NCBI GenBank assembly: GCA_946415045.1 | Contig: CAMKRB010000001.1 | Location: forward strand, 1 to 38,967 | Source of the DNA: an uncultured Myxococcales bacterium | Lineage (GTDB): Bacteria; Myxococcota_A; Bradymonadia; UBA4248 | Direction: 5' to 3' | DNA: 38,967 nucleotides | Shown: piece after piece, positions 34,213 to 38,967 of the stretch | Layout of the letters: the number at the start of each line of letters is the position of its first letter | Numbering within the stretch: position 1 is the first letter of the stretch | The notes under the pieces: generated by a model | Seen by the model: the letters and a program-made list of their open reading frames with translations, nothing else | Told to the model about the DNA's origin: nothing | The model's database searches: none | Position numbers and translations under genes: made by a program

Positions 34213-35190
34213 CTAGCGGTTCATGATTTCTCCGAGCTTGCCTGCTGCGGCCTGCAAATCGTCCCACACCCGCCCCTTGAGTTTGGGGTTTCTGAGCATC
34301 TCAAGCGGATGGTGCGTCGCAATCGCGGGCACACCCTCGAAAACCTGCCATACGCCACGGGACTGGCTGATATTCATATCACCGCCAAACATGGCTTTCA
34401 AGGCCAGTTCGCCCCAGATCACGATGACCTTTGGCGAAACGATACGAACTTCCTGCCGCAGAATTGCAAGACAGCTGCGGGCGACATCCATGCTTTTGTT
34501 TCGTGGCGGTACGGCGGCGCATTTAATGACATTGGTCATATAGATGCGATCCGCTGCGGCTTCGGGATTGAGGGTCGCCATCGCAGCCACGATTTTGTCC
34601 AGCAGTGCAGCCGCATCGTCGGTCATCAGGCGCCCCTTGTCGAGTTCCCGTGGATTACCGCCAGCAGCAACGAACATCATCGAAGCATCGGACGGCCCAT
34701 AACCGCATAAAACCCCGCGTCTCGAATTGCCGAGCACACATTGTCTGCAGGAACTCAGCCGTGCATTCAGTGTGTTCAGACCCAGCTGACGTTCCTGCGG
34801 TGTATTGTAACGGTTTTGCGGTACGGAGCTGCGCATCGCGCGAAAAGACTGCATGCTGCCCATCAGCCCGGTGGATGGCGGCTTTGCTGTATTCTGTGCA
34901 GGAGCCGGTTCTGCAGCTGCGACAGGCTGCGGTGGCTGTGATGCAGGCTGTTCGGGCCTGGATTTCACCGCTGCATTGACAGAAATCTCTGAAACCGGTG
35001 TGGTGACTGCATTTCGTGCAATTACCGGGGCGGCTGCCTGCGGCTGCCAGCGCCCGTCATCCATCGGCAGTTCCTGCGCTCCCAGTTCGCGCTGGCTGTC
35101 CAGCCACAGCGACAGCTCTTTGCAGACACTCTGGGTCAATCCAGTCAAAATGGATGATATTTCAACAGAATTCAGCGTCTCTTCAGCCAT
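34213..35190 (-). CDS. Uracil-DNA glycosylase superfamily (family 4-like) protein with a divergent active-site motif and a Pro/Ala/Gln-rich N-terminal extension
   Basis: 325 aa. UDG4-like landmarks are C-x2-C (SCRQC), NVIKC...PP.NK and THHPLEMLRNP. The position of the GE(A/G)PG motif reads FVAAGGNP. Confidence 0.65.
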   Translation of the reverse strand: MAEETLNSVEISSILTGLTQSVCKELSLWLDSQRELGAQELPMDDGRWQPQAAAPVIARNAVTTPVSEISVNAAVKSRPEQPASQPPQPVAAAEPAPAQNTAKPPSTGLMGSMQSFRAMRSSVPQNRYNTPQERQLGLNTLNARLSSCRQCVLGNSRRGVLCGYGPSDASMMFVAAGGNPRELDKGRLMTDDAAALLDKIVAAMATLNPEAAADRIYMTNVIKCAAVPPRNKSMDVARSCLAILRQEVRIVSPKVIVIWGELALKAMFGGDMNISQSRGVWQVFEGVPAIATHHPLEMLRNPKLKGRVWDDLQAAAGKLGEIMNR

Positions 35191-35222
35191 TTCTCACCCC
35201 GGTGGCGTTGTACTGTCGCGGT

Positions 35223-36386
35223 TTACGCGCGCGATTTGGTCAGCAGACGGGAGATATTCTTTTCGAGCGCTTCGTCGGTTCCGCCGCCAATGCTCAGCAG
35301 TACCGCATCACGGTGCAGCCTCGATACCGGATAGGCATTGCTGTAACCGTTCGCCCCGAGCGCCTGAATGGCACAGCGGCTGATTTCTTCGGCTGCATGC
35401 GCACAAAACAGCTTTGTTGCATCGGCATTCAGCGAAGCATCCGGCGCGCCCTCGATCATTGACCATACTGTATCATAAAGCATCGAACGCATGGCATGAT
35501 ATTCGGCATAACAGCGAGCAATCATGTGCTGAATCTGGCCAAACTCGGCTATCGGACGGCCAAAGGCTGTGCGCTGCTGCACATAATCCCGCATCACGCT
35601 GACGCATCGTCCGGCAATGCCCACGCTCTGGGCTGCAAGACCAAGACGTTCGGCCGCCAGATTGCGGATCATCGGTTTGACGCCTTCGTGCAGTTTGCCT
35701 ACCAGGGCATCCGCCGGAATATGACAGTTCACAAACGTCAGAATGCCCGTTTCGCTCGACCGCATGCCCATTTTTTCGGCGCACGATGAACGCACAAATC
35801 CCTCGCGATCGGCTTCGACCAAAAAAAGACTCAAATCCCTGCGATTGTCACCCGTACGCGCATAAACCAAAAAATACCGGCCGTTTGTGCCATTGGTGAT
35901 CCACTGCTTCACGCCGTTGAGCACGAATCCGTCACTGTCCTCTGATGCTCTCGTTTTCATTCCAAAAACATCTGTACCGGCATCGGGTTCGGTCATGGCC
36001 ATGCCCGCCAGCGACTTTTGGCGCAGAATATCGCCGTGTCGTCCGGGCATCCTACCGATTCCCTCGTTCAGCCATGTGAAATAAAGCTGATGCGAAAACA
36101 GCAGTTCCTGCGAAAGATAGCTCATGGCCATGCCTGGATCACAGGCGCTCAGCGATTCGATCGAAATCACAGTTGCCGCCAGATCAAGGCCGGAACCGCC
36201 ATAAGCCTCGGGCAGCGTGATGTTCATCAGGCCAAGCTCGGTGTCGAGCTGACGGTACAGTTCCGCGTCGAAACGATGGTTTTCGTCGCGTTCTGCGGCT
36301 CCGGGCTCCAGAAATGCTTTTGCCCATCCATCGACCGATTCCCGCAATGCACAATGGATATCATCAAATTCAAGGCGCGAAGACAT
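35223..36386 (-). CDS. Acyl-CoA dehydrogenase, isovaleryl-CoA dehydrogenase-like
   Basis: The ORF was trimmed to the ATG at 36386 (RBS GGAGA), which overlaps the upstream gene by 17 nt. It has ACAD-fold motifs. The C-terminal IGGGTDE replaces YEGT, and an AAERL glutamate sits on the middle helix as in IVD-type enzymes. Confidence 0.8.
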   Translation of the reverse strand: MSSRLEFDDIHCALRESVDGWAKAFLEPGAAERDENHRFDAELYRQLDTELGLMNITLPEAYGGSGLDLAATVISIESLSACDPGMAMSYLSQELLFSHQLYFTWLNEGIGRMPGRHGDILRQKSLAGMAMTEPDAGTDVFGMKTRASEDSDGFVLNGVKQWITNGTNGRYFLVYARTGDNRRDLSLFLVEADREGFVRSSCAEKMGMRSSETGILTFVNCHIPADALVGKLHEGVKPMIRNLAAERLGLAAQSVGIAGRCVSVMRDYVQQRTAFGRPIAEFGQIQHMIARCYAEYHAMRSMLYDTVWSMIEGAPDASLNADATKLFCAHAAEEISRCAIQALGANGYSNAYPVSRLHRDAVLLSIGGGTDEALEKNISRLLTKSRA

Positions 36387-37143
36387 CGATTTCTCCGGTG
36401 TTGTAACGCACAAAGACGCCCTCTGCGATCGAGACGGCCATCTTCTGCTGTGCAGACCGCATATCATCCGTTGCAAGAATCGTCACCTTGCCAGGTTCTG
36501 TGCAGATGAGCCGAACCAGCGTGACATCTTCATTTTCGGCATGAAGCAGTGCCGTCTTATTTTCGTATTTTCCTGTCGCCGTCACGGAAATGGATCGTTT
36601 GGAATCCCGCCATACGAGATTGATTCGGGTGTCGGGCATTTCATAGATTTCAAGTGTCCGGCCATCTTCTGCATGGTAATAGCCGCCAATCTCACCGGGT
36701 AAATCGACGAGGAGTGCCCATGATGTATGCAGCGAAATCCAGTCGGCTCTTTCGGCTGCTGTTCTGCCAAATGCGTCCGCTGCCGGGACACCTTCGGCAA
36801 CAAGCCGGTTAATTTCTGTGCCACGCAGATGATTGGTCCAGTTTTGCTGCGACTGCTGGAGTGCCTGCCAAGAAGATTCCGAAAGCAGGTCGTGGGCTTC
36901 AGACATGGCCTGCGCAATGGCTGCATCGCCGTCTTTGGTTTGCCGGATGCGATCAAGAATGGCACGGCGTGCAGCAATCTGGCGCTCTTTTTCTGCAGGG
37001 GACAGCGAATCATCCAGTTCAAGCGCAACGAGTTCGTCGTCCGACATGCTGCCGATATCTTTTTTGTTTTTGCAGGCCCCCAGCTGCAAAACCAGCATGC
37101 ACAACGCCAGCGTCAGGCATATTCTGATTCTGAGCATCTGCAT
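36370..37143 (-). CDS. Hypothetical lipoprotein
   Basis: 257 aa. The lipobox is LQLGAC. It starts 1 nt after the PP2C gene stop. No confident family assignment was possible. Confidence 0.65.
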   Translation of the reverse strand: MQMLRIRICLTLALCMLVLQLGACKNKKDIGSMSDDELVALELDDSLSPAEKERQIAARRAILDRIRQTKDGDAAIAQAMSEAHDLLSESSWQALQQSQQNWTNHLRGTEINRLVAEGVPAADAFGRTAAERADWISLHTSWALLVDLPGEIGGYYHAEDGRTLEIYEMPDTRINLVWRDSKRSISVTATGKYENKTALLHAENEDVTLVRLICTEPGKVTILATDDMRSAQQKMAVSIAEGVFVRYNTGEIDVFAP

Positions 37144-37144
37144 T

Positions 37145-38967
37145 TTACCACTTATGCGTAAAATCAGGCCGGCTCATCTGGCGGGTGACTTCATCGTCGT
37201 CATCATCTGAACTGTTGCCAAAATCGCCGCCGATTTCGATGCTGTCACCATCATCGAACGCATCCTTGGGTGGCGTAATGGCTTCGCGGGGTGCTACATA
37301 ACCGCGGCGAACGGCTTTTACTGCCGCAGATCCCGACGATTCAGGCTCGCTGGTCTCAGCTGCATCTGCCAATTCCTCAATCCCCCCCGAAACCTGTTCT
37401 TTACGGGATGAGACTGGGGATGGCGGGGGAAGATTCGGTGATTTGGGGGCACTTTCCGGAGCACCAAGAAGCAGCGGAAATCCTGAGACTTTGCGCACAG
37501 TTGTGGGCTCGTCATCATCGTCGTCGGAGAAGGATTCGTCCGAGGACAAGCCGATAATGGCTGCGGATGCAGCCTTATCGATTGAGGGTTGGGCGTTGGC
37601 GAGTTTTGAAGGCAATCCCGGCAGCTTCTGCTGTGAAGGCGTGGAACCGACTTTGGGATTGGATCCCGACGACGTGGGCATGACTTTGGTCTTTTCGTCA
37701 GATTCCAGACTGCTGAGAGGCTGGGTATTCATGCGTGGTGGCACTGCATTCTCGTCTGCTTTTGCAGATGCAGGATCCGATACCACGGGGAATTCGACCA
37801 GTGTCGGTTTGCTGTTATCATCCAAATCTGCAGATTCGGTCTCTGCATCCGCCGATGCCTGGCTGGGAGGCTCCATCAGCAGCAGCTCCGTTTCGGGAAG
37901 CTGCGATTTTTCTTCTTCGGAGAGCGACGATTTTTCGAGCAGTTTTGGAGATTCGACCGTTGCCATCGGCACTTTTTCGACGACCGTATCTTCGCGCGAT
38001 ACGATTTCGGACTCGTCATCCAGCGGTTCCTGTGCGGGTTTTTGGCAGTTTGGAAGAATGGCGGGCATCGTGGTCACAGAAGAAGCGCGTCCTGCGGGAC
38101 CGATCGGTTTGGGCATGGGGCGTGGCGCTGGTGCAGCAGACTTGATCTCGACGATCTCTCGCACTGAATGCATGCGCTGCGGCCGCTGCTGTTGATTCGG
38201 CATCGCCGGCATCCCGGCGGGCTGTGGCTGTGGCACCAAGCGTCCCATTGGCATAGGCATCATGCCCGGATGTTGTGCAACCGGCGGCATTGCACCATAG
38301 CTGCCATTCATACCGCGGCTCACATTCTGCATCTGAGCCATGTTCATGTTTTGCGGCATCATGCCCGGAGCCATGGGCTGTCCCATCGCCATGTTGGGAG
38401 GCATGGGCTGTCCCATCGCCATGTTGGGAGGCATGGGCTGTCCCATAGGCATGGGCTGTCCCATTGCCATGTTGGGAGGCATTGGCTGTCCCATGGGCAT
38501 GGGCTGTCCCATTGCCATATTTGGCGGCATCGGCTGACCCATCGCCATGTTGGGCGGCATCGGCTGACCAGCAACCATGCCGGGTTTCTGTCCCATTGCC
38601 ATGTTTCCCGGCATCTGCATCGCCTGTGACTGGTTCATACGGCGCGAAGCCGCGGGCTGGGCCTGGGAACTGTCATCCTTCTGAATGCTCACGCAAACGA
38701 CAGTGACATTATCCTTTCCGCCGGCCTGAAGCGCGAGCGAAATCAGCTCGGCGCAAGCCGCATTCATATCCGGTGCGTTTGTAATCGCGTTCAGAATTTT
38801 GGCATCCGAAACGATATCGCTCAAACCGTCGGAACACATCATGTAGACGTCACCGACCTCGCGAGGCACTTCGTGCACTTCGACATCGACATAATCCTTC
38901 AGACCGATGGCCCTCAGAATCACGTTTTTGTTGGCAAAATGCGAGGCGTCTTCGGGTTTGATTTCAC
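37145..38967 (-). CDS. PP2C-family Ser/Thr phosphatase (5'-truncated by the window edge) with a roughly 500-aa disordered C-terminal tail
   Basis: The frame stays open to the window edge. The C-terminal PP2C motifs are YMMCSDGLSD and GGKDNVTVVCV. The rest is low-complexity Met/Pro/Gly/Gln repeats and acidic/Ser-rich sequence. Confidence 0.85.
   Translation of the reverse strand, partial: EIKPEDASHFANKNVILRAIGLKDYVDVEVHEVPREVGDVYMMCSDGLSDIVSDAKILNAITNAPDMNAACAELISLALQAGGKDNVTVVCVSIQKDDSSQAQPAASRRMNQSQAMQMPGNMAMGQKPGMVAGQPMPPNMAMGQPMPPNMAMGQPMPMGQPMPPNMAMGQPMPMGQPMPPNMAMGQPMPPNMAMGQPMAPGMMPQNMNMAQMQNVSRGMNGSYGAMPPVAQHPGMMPMPMGRLVPQPQPAGMPAMPNQQQRPQRMHSVREIVEIKSAAPAPRPMPKPIGPAGRASSVTTMPAILPNCQKPAQEPLDDESEIVSREDTVVEKVPMATVESPKLLEKSSLSEEEKSQLPETELLLMEPPSQASADAETESADLDDNSKPTLVEFPVVSDPASAKADENAVPPRMNTQPLSSLESDEKTKVMPTSSGSNPKVGSTPSQQKLPGLPSKLANAQPSIDKAASAAIIGLSSDESFSDDDDDEPTTVRKVSGFPLLLGAPESAPKSPNLPPPSPVSSRKEQVSGGIEELADAAETSEPESSGSAAVKAVRRGYVAPREAITPPKDAFDDGDSIEIGGDFGNSSDDDDDEVTRQMSRPDFTHKW
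38372..38557 (-). repeat. In-frame tandem repeat (30-nt units interleaved with 18-nt short units) encoding (MGQPMPPNMA)n
   Basis: The units are CATGGGCTGTCCCATCGCCATGTTGGGAGG at 38372-38401 and 38402-38431 (identical), 38450-38479, 38498-38527 and 38528-38557. The 18-nt units lie at 38432-38449 and 38480-38497. Degenerate copies extend to about 38340-38630. Confidence 0.9.

Noticed and set aside
38340-38630. A regularly spaced 30-nt repeat array, considered as a possible CRISPR.
   Set aside because: The repeats are contiguous with no unique spacers. They are in frame within the PP2C gene and encode a peptide repeat.

Overview
This 38.97-kb bacterial chromosomal window is almost fully coding. 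I call 24 protein genes, 21 on the minus strand. I found no rRNA, tRNA, CRISPR array, transposase or integrase. The content suggests a diderm bacterium with Myxococcota/Fibrobacterota-like features (FHA-sigma54 activator, PP2C phosphatase, Cys-rich repeat lipoprotein, TPR giants). The lineage cannot be fixed from sequence alone.

Gene order, left to right:
- korB and korA (2-oxoacid:ferredoxin oxidoreductase), split by an unusual 329-bp structured spacer.
- A visibly lower-GC three-gene cassette: DUF2201/VWA protein, MoxR-like AAA ATPase and a cytoplasmic BspA-type LRR protein. It is bracketed by a 12-nt direct repeat.
- glnA.
- A Cys-rich-repeat/SGNH/PPC lipoprotein.
- A 561-aa hypothetical protein and cmk.
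- A CBM9-like protein and copA.
- glgP.
- Two TPR proteins.
- A polysaccharide export module: BY-kinase PCP, short OPX and a beta-barrel.
- Two small exported proteins.
- An FHA-GAF-sigma54 activator.
- A divergent UDG-like protein.
- An IVD-like acyl-CoA dehydrogenase.
- A lipoprotein.
- A 5'-truncated PP2C phosphatase with a long disordered Met/Pro-repeat tail.

The best candidate for an undescribed system is the VWA-MoxR-LRR cassette.

A second recurring signal lies in the intergenic regions. They carry a family of TAT...ATA GC-rich hairpins, often flanked by short direct repeats, and two copies of a 68-78 nt structured element. Neither is explained by the coding features.

All functional calls rest on motifs I recognise by eye. 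No database search was run.
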